A stretch of 64,000 nucleotides of DNA. It comes from an uncultured Mycoplasmatales bacterium (GTDB taxonomy: Bacteria > Bacillota_I > Bacilli_A > Mycoplasmatales > Mycoplasmoidaceae). Under the pieces are notes generated by a model. That model saw only the letters and a list, made by a program, of their open reading frames with translations. It was not told the DNA's origin and made no database searches. Location of the stretch: NCBI GenBank assembly GCA_949422915.1, contig CASPLF010000001.1, forward strand, positions 3,204-67,203, given 5' to 3'. Every line of letters starts with the position of its first letter. Within the stretch, counting starts at the first letter, position 1. Of this stretch, positions 35,404 through 46,981 are shown one piece after another. A program made the position numbers and the translations under genes.

Positions 35404-36303
35404 ATGAATAAAAAAGTTAAAATTTTCATAGATTCGTCATCTACATTTGATAAAGAATTTTTAAAAAAGAATAATGTGAGCGTTATTCCTTTATCTTTAT
35501 CTGATATGAATAACCAAGTTTATTCAGATGATGGAACAAACATGAATCCAAATATTTTATTTAAAGAAATTGCAAACGGTAACAAATTCAAAACAAGCGC
35601 AACTCCATTAGGAGTTTTAATGACTACTATTGAAGATGCTCTAGATGAATATGATGTTGTTTATTTCATTCCTATTTCTCACGGTTTGTCTAGCCAATGA
35701 AACCAAGCTAGAATGATCGAAGAAGATCATCCAGGAAAATTCTTTGTTATCAAATCAACAAGTGCTGCTTTAGCAAATGAGTTTGTTTTATACAAACTTA
35801 TTGATTTAATTAAAACCAAAAAAGAACCAAAAGAAATAGTTAAAGAATGTGAAGACTATTATTTAAATACCGATACATACTTCTCATGTGAAGATATCAG
35901 TGATTTACTAAGAGGCGGTAGAGTAACATCTGGTATTGTTAAGATTATTAAAATGCTTAAATTAAAACCAATTATTTTACTTGATACTAAAAATCAAAGA
36001 GCAGGTATGTCTAAGAACTATCAAGACGCTATTGGCAAAATAATTGATAACATCGATAAAGATTATGACAAAAAATTATCTAGCGATGATATTGAACACT
36101 TAGGTATTTATTATTCAGGTTATGAAGATACTAAAAAAGATTTCATTCTAGATTCTGTTTCTAAAGCATTTAATTATTCTAAAGAAAAAATTCTTATTAG
36201 ATGAGTGCCAACTATTGTATTAGCTCACACCAGAAAAGGCGCATATGGTATTACAGTTGCAACTAAAACTCCTCCCAAAAAAAGAGAAATAAAAGTTGAT
36301 TAA
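35404..36303 (+). CDS. DegV family fatty-acid-binding protein
   Basis: Track ORFs 35404 and 35713 are in the same frame through TGAs. It has a typical DegV start (KIFIDSSSTF), a SATP.G motif (TSATPLG) and S.GLSSQ. Confidence 0.85.
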
Positions 36304-36308
36304 TTTTT

Positions 36309-36926
36309 ATGCGAAAAGAAATTGCAATTTTTACTAGTAAAGAAATGCAAAACAACTCTTATCTCATTATCAATGATAATGAATGTGTAGTTGTTGATCC
36401 GTCATTTGCAGCAGATGAAATTGATGAATATATTACTAAAAATAACTTAAAGTTATTAGGTGTTCTTTTAACTCATGGTCATTATGACCATTTTGCTACG
36501 GCTAATTTTTTATTAGAAAAATACAATACTTCTTTGTATGTTTATGAAAAAGAAAGAGATGTGATTCTTCAACATAATCTAAATGATTTATTTAATGTTG
36601 AAAATTTCGTTCTTCCTTCTAATATTAAATTTTTTAGTGGAAAAACTCTTGAATTAGGAAAAATAAAGCTTGATATAGTTTATACACCAGGACATACAAT
36701 TGGTGGGATTTGTATTTTTTGAGAAAAATATGTTTTTACTGGAGACACAATTTTTATAGATAGTGTTGGAAGAATGGATTTACCTACAGGAAACCCAAGA
36801 CAATTACTGCAAAGTATTCAACAAATAAAAAAATTTGATAAATCTCTAAGAGTGTTAACTGGACATAACGAAACAAATGTTACTCTTGAAGAATTATTAA
36901 AAAGAAACAAATATGTTAATTTTTAG
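36309..36926 (+). CDS. MBL-fold metallo-hydrolase
   Basis: Motifs are THGHYDH and TPGHT. It extends through TGA at 36720 to TAG 36924-36926. Confidence 0.85.
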
Positions 36927-37470
36927 TAATTAACGCAATACCATCGTCCAAATCTATGATTTGGACATTAAATTTTTTTTGTTGCAATAACCAGTTATGA
37001 AATTGATGTACCTTTTGGATCAATCTAGTTTTTTGACGATCAAGATTTTGTTGATTAGCAAATTTTTTTAGAAAAATATTATCAATAACCATTAATCCTT
37101 TCTCGTTTAAATTATTTAAATATTTATTAACTAATATTTCTTGATTAGATTTACATGCATCTAAAAAAATTAAATCAAACTTTTCTTTACATTCAAATGT
37201 AAATGCATCAGCTAATAAAAAAGTAATTTTATCATCTTCAATTTGCTTTGCAATTGCATAATTAGATTCATTTTTTTCTATTGTTATTATTTTTTTAACA
37301 CAATCTATTTTTGAAAATAGTAATGAAGAATAACCATATGCAGTGCCGATTTCTAAAATAGATGAATAATTATTTTCAAGTATTTTATTTTCAATAAATT
37401 TAAAAGTTTCATCCCTAATAATAGGAATGTTATTCTTCATACACAAAGTTTTTAATTCATTAAAATCCAT
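36916..37470 (-). CDS. SAM-dependent O-methyltransferase (YrrM/TrmR-like)
   Basis: 184 aa with SAM motif I (ILEIGTAYGYS) and FLDACK (the FIDADK motif). Its position next to ruvX matches Firmicutes. Confidence 0.75.
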   Translation of the reverse strand: MDFNELKTLCMKNNIPIIRDETFKFIENKILENNYSSILEIGTAYGYSSLLFSKIDCVKKIITIEKNESNYAIAKQIEDDKITFLLADAFTFECKEKFDLIFLDACKSNQEILVNKYLNNLNEKGLMVIDNIFLKKFANQQNLDRQKTRLIQKVHQFHNWLLQQKKFNVQIIDLDDGIALITKN

Positions 37471-37888
37471 TATCTAAATAATCTTGCAAGATGTATACGG
37501 CTGACATTTTATCTTTAATTTTTTTTATCTTGCTAGCTTTTAACCCTGCTTGATACTTTAACATTTCAGTTGTATTAATAGTAGAATAAGCTTCGTTCCA
37601 TTGAACAATTTTAACATTCTTAAAATTTTGTTCTAAGATTTTTTTAAACTCATCACTTAACAAAGTCATTTCAGACGGTTTATCATTAGAACGCTTAGGT
37701 TTACCTAAAACTATAGTGTCAATATCGTTAGAATATTTTTCAAATATTTGTTTAACCTTATTAACACAAATATTGAGATCACGATTTGGATACTCAAAAT
37801 TTTCTAATCCTGTAGCAATTATTTTTAAAGAATCTGTAATTGCTATACCTAATGTTTTAGTTCCTAAATCTAAACCAATTACTCTCAT
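37460..37888 (-). CDS. ruvX: Holliday junction resolvase-like RuvX (YqgF)
   Basis: 142 aa with the N-terminus MRVIGLDLGTKTLGIA and an E..ST motif (NEAYST). Confidence 0.85.
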   Translation of the reverse strand: MRVIGLDLGTKTLGIAITDSLKIIATGLENFEYPNRDLNICVNKVKQIFEKYSNDIDTIVLGKPKRSNDKPSEMTLLSDEFKKILEQNFKNVKIVQWNEAYSTINTTEMLKYQAGLKASKIKKIKDKMSAVYILQDYLDNGF

Positions 37889-37960
37889 TACTAAATAATT
37901 ATATATTCTATATGTGATAAGAATAACACCCTTTATAATATAATAAACTTATTCTAATGT

Positions 37961-38037
37961 GCGCTCGTAGCTCAGTTGGATAGAGCACATGCCTTCTAAG
38001 CCTGTTGTCGGGAGTTCGAATCTCTTCGAGCGCGCCA
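37961..38037 (+). tRNA. tRNA-Arg (anticodon UCU)
   Basis: Acceptor GCGCTCG/CGAGCGC followed by G-CCA, D arm TAGCTCAGTTGGATAGAGCA, anticodon loop CTTCTAA, and T arm GGGAG-TTCGAAT-CTCTT. Confidence 0.9.
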
Positions 38038-38052
38038 TTTAAATTAATAAAG

Positions 38053-38076
38053 TACTAGGGAAACCTAGTATTTTTT
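38053..38076. terminator. intrinsic terminator shared by tRNA-Arg and convergent valS
   Basis: TACTAGG (38053-38059) pairs with CCTAGTA (38064-38070), followed by TTTTTT. Confidence 0.6.
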
Positions 38077-40663
38077 ATTTAAGCTTAGCAATCTCTTCTT
38101 TAACTTGTTCGAATTGAGTTTTATAAGACTCATATTTTTCTTGTTCAATTTGAATCTTTTCTTTAGGAGCTTTAGCTAAAAAGTTTTTATTAGAAAGAAT
38201 TTTTTTTGATCTATCAAGTTCTGATTCTAACGATTCTAATTTATGCTTTAAATCTGTTAATAATTTGTCTTTATTTACAAAAACATTTTTGAATTCGACT
38301 GCAATATCACCAACAGTAATTAAATCTCAATCAAGATTTTTTCTTGCCTTTGATATCGAATTAATCTTAATATTAAATTTATTTAAGAATTCAGAAATTA
38401 AATTTAAGTTTAATCTTTTAGTAGTTAAAATATTTAATTCGATAATATTTGATTTAGAAATTGAGTGTTTGATTCTTAATTCTTTAACTAAATTAAAGAC
38501 TTGAATAAAAATATTAATTTCATTCTTTTTTAATGTAGTTTTAAACTTAGTTGGTCAACTCTCACAAAGAATAGATTCTTTGTCTTTATAAATATTTTGA
38601 TAAATATTCTCAGTTAAGAATGGAGCGTGTGGGTGTAAAATTATCAAAATATTTTTGAAAATATAATTAATTATTCAAATGGTTTCATCTTTGTATTTAT
38701 CATCATTGAACAATGGTTTTGAGAATTCAATATATTGATTGCAGAATATATCTCAAATAAATTCAACTAAATATTTGTTAGCCACAACAAAATTGTATTT
38801 ATCCATGTTCTTAGAAATCTTTTCTAAATAATTGTTAAATTGTGAAAGAATTCAAGAATTAATTAAATTAAATTTAACAGGTTTTTCAATTTTGTTAGTT
38901 TTGTTAAAACTAATAAAGTTTTTTGCATTTCAAATTTTGTTGAAAAAATTATCATAATAATTAATTTTCTCTTCATCATATCTTAAATCTTCACCAAGAC
39001 TTACAGTAGATGTTAAGAACATCCTTAATGCATCTGGACCATACTTTTCTATTACATCCATTGGATCAATACCGTTGTTTAGTGATTTAGACATTTTTCT
39101 ATTTTGTGAATCTCTAATTAATCCATGTAATAAAACTTTATTAATAGGAATAGAGTCAGTTAGATATGAACATTGAAATAACATTCTGGCAACTCAGAAA
39201 AATAAAATATCATATCCAGTTACCAAAATAGAAATAGGATAGAACTTTTTAAGCTCTATATTATTCTCAAATGTACAAGCAATTGGTCATAATGCAGAAG
39301 AAAATCATGTATCTAATACACCTTTTTCTTGAACATAATTTTCCATATCTTTTGGTTGTTGCTCACCAACATAAATCTTATTTGAATTCTTTTTATACCA
39401 AACAGGCAATTGGTGTCCCCAAACCAATTGACGACTAATACATCAATCATTAATGTTTGTCAACCATCGATTTAATGTTGCCTTATATCTTGGTGGAATA
39501 AAAGAATATTTAATTTTAGATTTCTTTTGAATGGCAGCCAATTGTTTAACAATTGGTTTCATCTTAACAAATCATTGTTTAGATAATAATTGTTCAACAA
39601 CTTCTCCTGTTCTTTCGGAATATCCTACTTCATTATCGTATTCTTCTACTTTAATTAGCATGCCTCGATCAGCCATTTCTTTAACAATGCTTTCACGAGC
39701 TTCTAATCTATCTAATGATTTAAATGATTTTGTAACAGATTGCGCATATGCGTTTAATTTACCATCATTATCAATTACTGAATGATAATCCTTAATATTG
39801 TGTTTCTTAGCTAGTTCATAATCATTTAAATCATGTGCTGGTGTGCACTTCATTGCACCTGTACCAAATTTAATATCAATATATGAATCAGTTAATACTT
39901 TAAGTTTTTGATTATTAATAGGATTTATTACTTCTTTTCCAATAAAAGATAAATATCTTTTGTCTTTTGGATTAACAAAAACATGAGTATCAACAAACAT
40001 TGTTTCTGGTCTTGTTGTAGCAATTGGTAGATATTTTGATTGATCCGTTGCTAAACAATACTTGAAATAATATAACTTAGAATGAGTTGGTTTATAAATT
40101 GTTTCTATATCAGAAATAGCTGTTTGTAGTTTAACATCTCAATTAACTAATTTGTAATCTTGATAAATTAAACCGTTTTTATATAAATTAACAAATGTCT
40201 TTCTAACAAGTTTTTTAATGAAATCATCTAAAGTAAAAATTTCATTTTGATAAGAAAGAGCAAAACCCATTGTTGCTCATTGATTTCTAATGTATTGAGC
40301 TTGTTCTTTTGATCATTTAAAAATTTGGTTTACAAAATCTTGTTCACTTAAATTTTCTTTTTTAATTCCTTTAGAATTAAGTAACTTTTCATATTTAGTT
40401 TGAGTAGCAATACCTGCATGATCAGTTCCAGGAATTCAAATAGTATCAAACCCTTTAAGTTTTTTATATCTAATAATAGTATCCTGTAAATAACCATCTC
40501 ATGCGTGCCCTAAATGTAAGTGCCCAGTAACGTTTGGTGGTGGTAAAATAATTGAAAAAGGTTTTTTTGAAGAATTATGGTCTTCAAAAAAATTATTTTT
40601 CTTTCAAAAATCGTAAATACCTTCAATTACTTTTTTATGATCAAACTTATTAGGATTTTGCAT
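38075..40663 (-). CDS. valS: valine--tRNA ligase
   Basis: One frame runs from ATG 40663 through many TGAs and includes track ORFs 38930 and 39572. Motifs are [14 protein letters not shown] (HIGH) and KMSKS, with a coiled-coil C-terminus. Confidence 0.95.
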
Positions 40664-40687
40664 TTGTATTAAATATTATAAATATAT

Positions 40688-42514
40688 TTAATCATTTATA
40701 TAGAAGACGAAATTTTCTTTTGACACTTTTTCTTTAATTAATTTATCAATATATTCTTTTTGTTCTTCAGTTAAATATCTAAAACAATCATTAAAACAAA
40801 TAATCTTTGATGATTGAATATAAGCAAACATAAAGTTAATAATCTGTTGTTCATGAATTGTAAATGACGTTTTCATTAGATTTATATTAAAATAAGATAA
40901 TAAATCTTTTAAGACCATTATGTTTGCCTTAAGCAAATATTCAGCCGGAATCTTACTATCAGGATTAATCTTGATAAAATTATCTTTAAAATAAAACGAA
41001 TTTTGTTTATTAGGTTCATTTATTCCTAAAAAAGTATCTAAACCTATTTTAAAGCATGATTTAATGTTTTTATTTCTTTCAATACAATATGTTGTATTCT
41101 CATTAAAAAAATAAAGTGCATTTACATCTTCAATTTTGTTAATTGATGAATCTTTTATTCCGTTGGCGATATTAATAATATTTCAATAAATTGCTGCCAT
41201 TTTTTTATACTCCTTTTGTTTAGACGGAAATAGGCAAACATCTTGAACAGATGTAGAAAACATTCCTAATAAACTAATAATAAAAGTTAATAAACCAATA
41301 TTAAATTTATCGTTAATTAAATAATAGGCACCAAAGCCTATTGTTAATATGTAAGTGATGTTTGTAAAAAATGATTCAAAGTTAAATGTAAAATTTTCAA
41401 AGGAAGTTTTCTTTGTATAGATTTTTTCAAACTCTGTAATATTAGATCTTAATTTATTTAAATTAAAATTCAATAATTCTTGGTTTTCCTCTTTACTTAT
41501 CGAATTAATAATTTCAGCTGAAATATTGTTTGATATATTACTATTCTTGATTGATACATTAATATTGTGTTCTTTAAAATTGTATGTTACTACACCAAAC
41601 ACGGATTTTATTAACAAAACAACAATACAAAAAACTATAAACATTGGTTTGATAAACGAAAGAATTATTATTGTAATAACACACATTATTAAATCGGTAA
41701 TTAATGTAGGTATTTCATAAGTTAAATACCCGCATATTGAAACTATTGATGAATCAACTATATAAATAGAACTTAACTCGATCTTGTTGATAAAATGACT
41801 TCTTTTGTGTTTTAATTTGTTCAATAATTGATAATTTAAATGTCTAAAATTTTGTTTAAATCTAATAAGTGAATATTGTTTAAGAAAATAGCTTGACAAC
41901 AAATTTAATCCTCCAATTAATAAGAAAATAAAACATAGACTAACCAAATTTGATGTTGATTTTCCATAAACAGACATATTTAATGTTCAATTAAATACAT
42001 TTGCAAATAATGTTGATAATCCAATTATTAAAATGTGAATCCCTAATGTAACAGCAAAATATTTTAAATCAATATTTTGCAAATCTATTTTTTGGCTTTT
42101 ATATTTAATATTTACTTTTGATTTAGATACATCAAAAATAATGCCTGCAAACTTTTCTTTAAATTGGTTGTATTGTAGTTCGAATATACCAGAATCTGAA
42201 TCATAGATTTTTAAACAATCTTTCTTTTTGTAAACAATAATGTAGTGCATTCCTTGATTCTTATTGATCAACATTCCATAGTATTTATTGTTTTTAAGTT
42301 CAACAAACTCACTTCACTCACATTCATAGCTTTCAATAAATAATCCAAATTTTTGTCCTAAGTTCTCAAAATCAAAAATGCTTAAACCATTTTCACTAAT
42401 ATTTGCAGCATTAAGAATTTCAAATTTATTTGAATTATTGTAAAAGTGTTTCACAAAACTATTTATTACACAAATACCACACTCATTTGGAGAATTTTGT
42501 CTTGTTATTTCCAT
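40688..42514 (-). CDS. C39 peptidase domain + ABC-exporter transmembrane domain protein with a degenerate (motif-less) nucleotide-binding domain
   Basis: Track ORFs 42314, 41987, 41183 and 40688 are all in one frame. I translated the 40937-41182 gap by hand and found no TAA or TAG. The C39 triad context is present (RQNSPNECG ... GMHYIIVY ... YDSDSG). There is a 6-TM-like ABC membrane region. The C-terminal 170 aa aligns in outline to an NBD, but Walker A reads GINEPNKQN, the signature reads FTIHEQQ and Walker B reads IICFND. The start is taken at ATG 42514; a TTG at 42535 is possible. Confidence 0.8.
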
Positions 42515-42555
42515 ATTAAAAATAATATAGAACAAAACAAAGAAAAACCTGTCTC

Positions 42556-42577
42556 AAATTTGTTTAAAATTTGTTTA
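42556..42577. repeat. perfect 11-nt tandem direct repeat (AAATTTGTTTA x2) upstream of the C39/ABC gene
   Basis: Read directly from the sequence. It lies in the 92-nt truB to C39 gene spacer, 42-63 nt upstream of ATG 42514. Confidence 0.7.
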
Positions 42578-42606
42578 ATTTTTTTTCAAAAATTTTACAA
42601 ATAGTT

Positions 42607-43251
42607 TTAATTAAATTCAATTGGCAAACAATCTTTTAATTCAAATGTTCCTGATTTTATTCTTTTTAATGCGCTAATATATCCATGATTATTAAGTGCC
42701 AACCCTAAATCGTGTGCAAAACTACGAATGTAAAAACCTTTGCTAACCTTTAACTCGATAGTTAAAGTGTTGTTTATATATTTAATAGTTTTGTATGAAA
42801 ACAATTTAGCATCTCTTGGTTTAATTTCAACTTGTTTATTGTTTCTAGCATAATCATATAACTTCTTACCATTTACTTTAATAGCAGAATATATTGGTGG
42901 AAATTGTTTATAGTCGTTTAAGAATTTATTCTTAATCATCTCTTCAATTTGTTCAATATGAATCTTGGATGCATCAATTTCTTTTATTATTTGTCCCTCT
43001 GCATCATATGTTGTTGTCTCAATTCCAAACGTAATGTCAGCAACATATGTTTTGTCATCTTGAATTAATGTAGATAATTGTTTAGTTCCTTCATTGACAC
43101 CAAGAACCAATACACCAGTGGCTAACGGATCTAATGTTCCTGCGTGTCCTACTTTTTTAAATTTATATTTGTATTTAATAAATTGAACAACATCATTACT
43201 TGTTCAATTAATAGGTTTATCAACACAAAATACTTTTTGTTTAATTTCCAT
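42607..43251 (-). CDS. truB: tRNA pseudouridine(55) synthase
   Basis: ATG at 43251. It has the GHAGTLDPLATG catalytic motif. Track ORF 42607..43110 is in the same frame. Confidence 0.9.
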
Positions 43252-43284
43252 GCAAATAATATAAATATTATAATTTTAAATAAT

Positions 43285-44070
43285 ATGAGAGAGTTGGTAG
43301 GTGAAATCATAAAATCAAACAAAGTCTTTAATCTTATTGAAGATGGAGACAAAATTTGTGTTGGTGTTTCGTGTGGTAAAGATTCATCTTTATTACTATT
43401 AGCTCTTAATTTATACAAACAATATGTAAAGAATAAGTATGGATGAAATATTAAGATTTATGGAGTTCATATAAAAATGAATCTTTACAAAAATATTGAT
43501 TATTCTAAATATAAAAAATTCATGAAAGATAAAAAGATAAACTTTAAAACTGTTGAATCTAACATGAATGAAATTTTACTTGCTAAAAAGAAAAAAGGAG
43601 TAATTCAATGTTCTTTATGTGCTAAATTAAAAAAAGCAATATTAGTTAAAGAAGCTAAAAAACTTAAATGTAATAAAATTGCTATGGCACATCATGCAGA
43701 TGATGCAATAGAAACTTTATTCATGAATATGATTCATGAAGGAAGGATTGGAACGTTTAATCCAAAAAATTACTTTGATCGTACTGATATGACTTTAATT
43801 AGACCTTTTTGCTTGTTAAGAGAAAAAAGTTTAATTAGAGAAGCTAAAAAACAAAATATTCCAATTATTAAAAGAGATTGTCCAATTGATGGCAAAACAG
43901 AAAGAACTTATATGAAATCATTCTTAGAACAAAATTTTTATAAAAATAAAAAGTTCTCAATGAGTTATGAGAACTTTCTTGTAGCTTTATTAAACGGTAA
44001 GCAATCTAGCTTATGATTTGATGAATCTGCTAAAAAAGATTTATTAATAAAATACAATTCTAAGCTATAA
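43285..44070 (+). CDS. PP-loop ATPase, TtcA-family tRNA thiolation protein
   Basis: ATG at 43285 is in frame with track ORFs 43144 and 43477. Motifs are the PP-loop SCGKDS, CSLCAKLKK, HHADDAIET and a C-terminal CP..G. Confidence 0.75.
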
Positions 44071-44739
44071 AGTCTTTGGAACGTATTTGTGGAAGCTTCA
44101 GAACTCACCAAACGGAATTCAACAACAAATTGAATTAATTACAAATAACACTAAGCAAAATAAAATAACGCTTCAGAAGACATAATGGTATAGTCTTGAG
44201 TAATAAACACCATTAATACCAACAAATCATGAAATGATTAAATAAACAATTGGTAATGCTAATAAAATAACAACAATATAAGACATAGCAATACCAGCTT
44301 GTAACATTTGGTTAAATGAAATACCAGGGTATCCAGGAGCAAGAGGTGAACTATCACTTTTGCTTAAAACGTTATTTCCATAAGCAATAAAGAAAATTGA
44401 GAATGTATATAAAACAATAAACAATACAGCAATAATTGCTCATATTAATCCAAGTTTCTTTTTATTTGCTAATCAAGTTTCAACCTTAACACCAAATGAA
44501 GATTTAGCACTTTTTTCTTTAAAGAAACGTCTTTTCTTTGTTTTAGTGAATTTTTCAAAATTAATTTCTGGTTGTTCTTTAACTTGTTCTGTTTTAATTT
44601 TCTTTGTAGCTTCAGGTTTCTTTTCTGGTTCAGTAATAGCAGGTACTACATCACTAGAAAAACTACCAACATTTTGGTTGATATCTTTAGCTTCATTTTC
44701 ATTTCCTATAGTAAGGATCGTTTTCTTATCATCAGCCAT
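44065..44739 (-). CDS. membrane protein with a Lys/Glu-rich disordered N-terminus (hypothetical)
   Basis: Track ORFs 44227 and 44473 are in the same frame and extend through TGAs to TAG 44065-44067. About 4 hydrophobic helices follow an 85-aa charged region. Confidence 0.5.
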
Positions 44740-44756
44740 AATTATCTTTTATTATA

Positions 44757-45113
44757 CTATTTACTGTCTTTATTATTTATACCATTTAAAATTTCATCAA
44801 TTTTAATTGAATTTTGAATTGTCAAATCCTTTTCAAATAAAATTTCTGGAACTTTTCTGATTGTCATGTTGTGAGCTATTTGATCTCTAAAAATTCCTTT
44901 AGCTACATTTAATTGATCAACTACTTCATCAACTTTCTTAGAATCATAATAATCAACACTAACAATAATTTTTGAAAAGTCATCAAGTAACTTTACGTGG
45001 GTAAAGCAAGCCATTCTCAACAATTTGTCATTAACCGTGTTTTTAAGAGCATGATTTAAATTATTAAGAATTTCTGATTCAATCTTTTCGTGTTTATGAT
45101 TTGCATATGACAT
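44757..45113 (-). CDS. rbfA: ribosome-binding factor A
   Basis: 118 aa, located directly downstream of infB. The pattern HEKIESEILNNLNHALK....VKLLDDFS.I.V fits the RbfA KH-like fold. Confidence 0.8.
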   Translation of the reverse strand: MSYANHKHEKIESEILNNLNHALKNTVNDKLLRMACFTHVKLLDDFSKIIVSVDYYDSKKVDEVVDQLNVAKGIFRDQIAHNMTIRKVPEILFEKDLTIQNSIKIDEILNGINNKDSK

Positions 45114-45115
45114 AA

Positions 45116-46939
45116 TTATTCTCCTAATGTTTTTTGAACTATTTTATATGTTTGAATAACATCGCCTACTTTAAGATCGTTGTATTTGCTTAATACAATA
45201 CCACATTCCATGCCTGATGTAACCTTGTTAACAACATCTTTTACGTGTTTCATTGATGAAATATCTGTTTTACATACAACTACTCCATCTCTTAATACAC
45301 GAGCTTTATCATTACGGTTAATTTCACCAGATTGTACTAAACATCCAATAATAGTACCAACTTCTGAGTGTCTTCAGATTTGTTTTACTTCAGCTTCTCC
45401 AGTTTCTTGTTCTACATAAATTGGATCTAATGTACCAGTAAGTAATTTTTCTAATACTTCTTTTAATTTATAAATAATATCAAAGAAATAAATTTGTACT
45501 TTTTGAGCATCAGCTATATCTTTAATGCTTCTTGATGGTTTTACATTAAAACCAATAATTAATGCATTTGAAGCTTTTGCAAGTTGAATATCTGATTCTG
45601 ATATCCCTCCAACTGCAGATCTAATTAAACTTAATTTAGTTCCTGGAACATCAATTTTAGAGCACATTCCTTTAATTGCTTCTAATGAACCATGAACATC
45701 AGTTTTAAGAATAATATTTAAAACTTTTTTTCCTTCAGAATCTTTTAAAATTGATTGTTCATATTGGAAATTTTGAAGTTTCTTATGTTGTTGAATTTTT
45801 GCTGCAATTTCTTTAATGTCTCTTTCGTTTGTACTTACAACGAAATGGTCACCAGCATTCGGTACATCATTAATACCTACAACCTTAACAGGTTGTGATG
45901 GAAGAGCGATTTTAACTTCTTTGTTATTTTCATCTAACATGATTCTAACTCTTCCATATACTCCACCAATGATAATAAAATCGCCTTTAGCCAATGTACC
46001 ATTTTGAATTAACACTGTAGCCACTGGGCCTAATCCTTTATCTAATTTAGATTCAACAACAACACCTGTTGCTAATCTGTCTAGATTAGCTTTATAATCA
46101 TTCATTTCTGCTAATAGTAAAATGTTTTCTAACAATTCAGAAACATTTGTTCCCTTGAGAGCTGAACCTTTAATAGTAATTGTTTTACCACCTCATTCTT
46201 CTGCTGTTAAGTCTTTTTCAGCTAATTGACTCATGGCTAAATCTGGGTTAGCCTGTGGTTTATCAATCTTATTGATAAACACAATAATTGGAACACCCGC
46301 TGCTTTAGCATGATCAATTGCTTCTTCAGTTTGTGGCTTAATTCCATCATCTGCAGCAACAATTAAAATTACAATGTCTGTAACATTAGCCCCACGAGCT
46401 CTCATTTCAGTAAATGCTTCGTGTCCCGGAGTATCAATAAATGTAATTTTTTGTTTGTTGTATTCTACTTGATAAGCACCAATATGTTGTGTAATACCAC
46501 CAGCCTCTCCAGAAACCACATGTGTTTTACGAATGTAATCTAATAAAGTTGTTTTACCATGATCAACGTGACCCATAATAGTAACAACAGGTGGACGTGG
46601 TTTTAACTTAGATGGATCATCTTTAATATGAATGTTAGTTAAAACATTAGTTTCATCAACTGCAACTTGTTTTTGAAAATCAAAGTTAAATTCTAAACAT
46701 AATTCACCAATTTGCTCTTCTGTTAATAAAGCATTTAAATTTAACATTTTTCCTTGTAAGAAAAAGTGCTTTAAAATTTCAGAAGCTGGTTTATTAATTT
46801 TTTTTGAAAATTCATCAACAGTAAGAGGAGATGAAAAAACAAAGACACCATTTTTAATTCCAGTATCTACTTTTTTAAATTGTGACTTAAGATCAATATT
46901 TTGTCTTGTATCTTGTTTTTTAAAATTATTCTTTTTCAT
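45116..46939 (-). CDS. infB: translation initiation factor IF-2
   Basis: Track ORFs 45374 and 46193 are in the same frame. G-domain motifs are [16 protein letters not shown] and NKID. The C-terminus reads through TGA to TAA 45116-45118. Confidence 0.95.
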
Positions 46940-46981
46940 ACTTCCTCCTTTGTTTCAGAATAAAAGGACTGAAAAAGATAA

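Noticed and set aside
44546-44817. Plus-strand ORFs 44546..44806 and 44572..44817.
   Set aside because: They are antisense to the membrane-protein and rbfA genes and have Phe/Leu-rich shadow composition.
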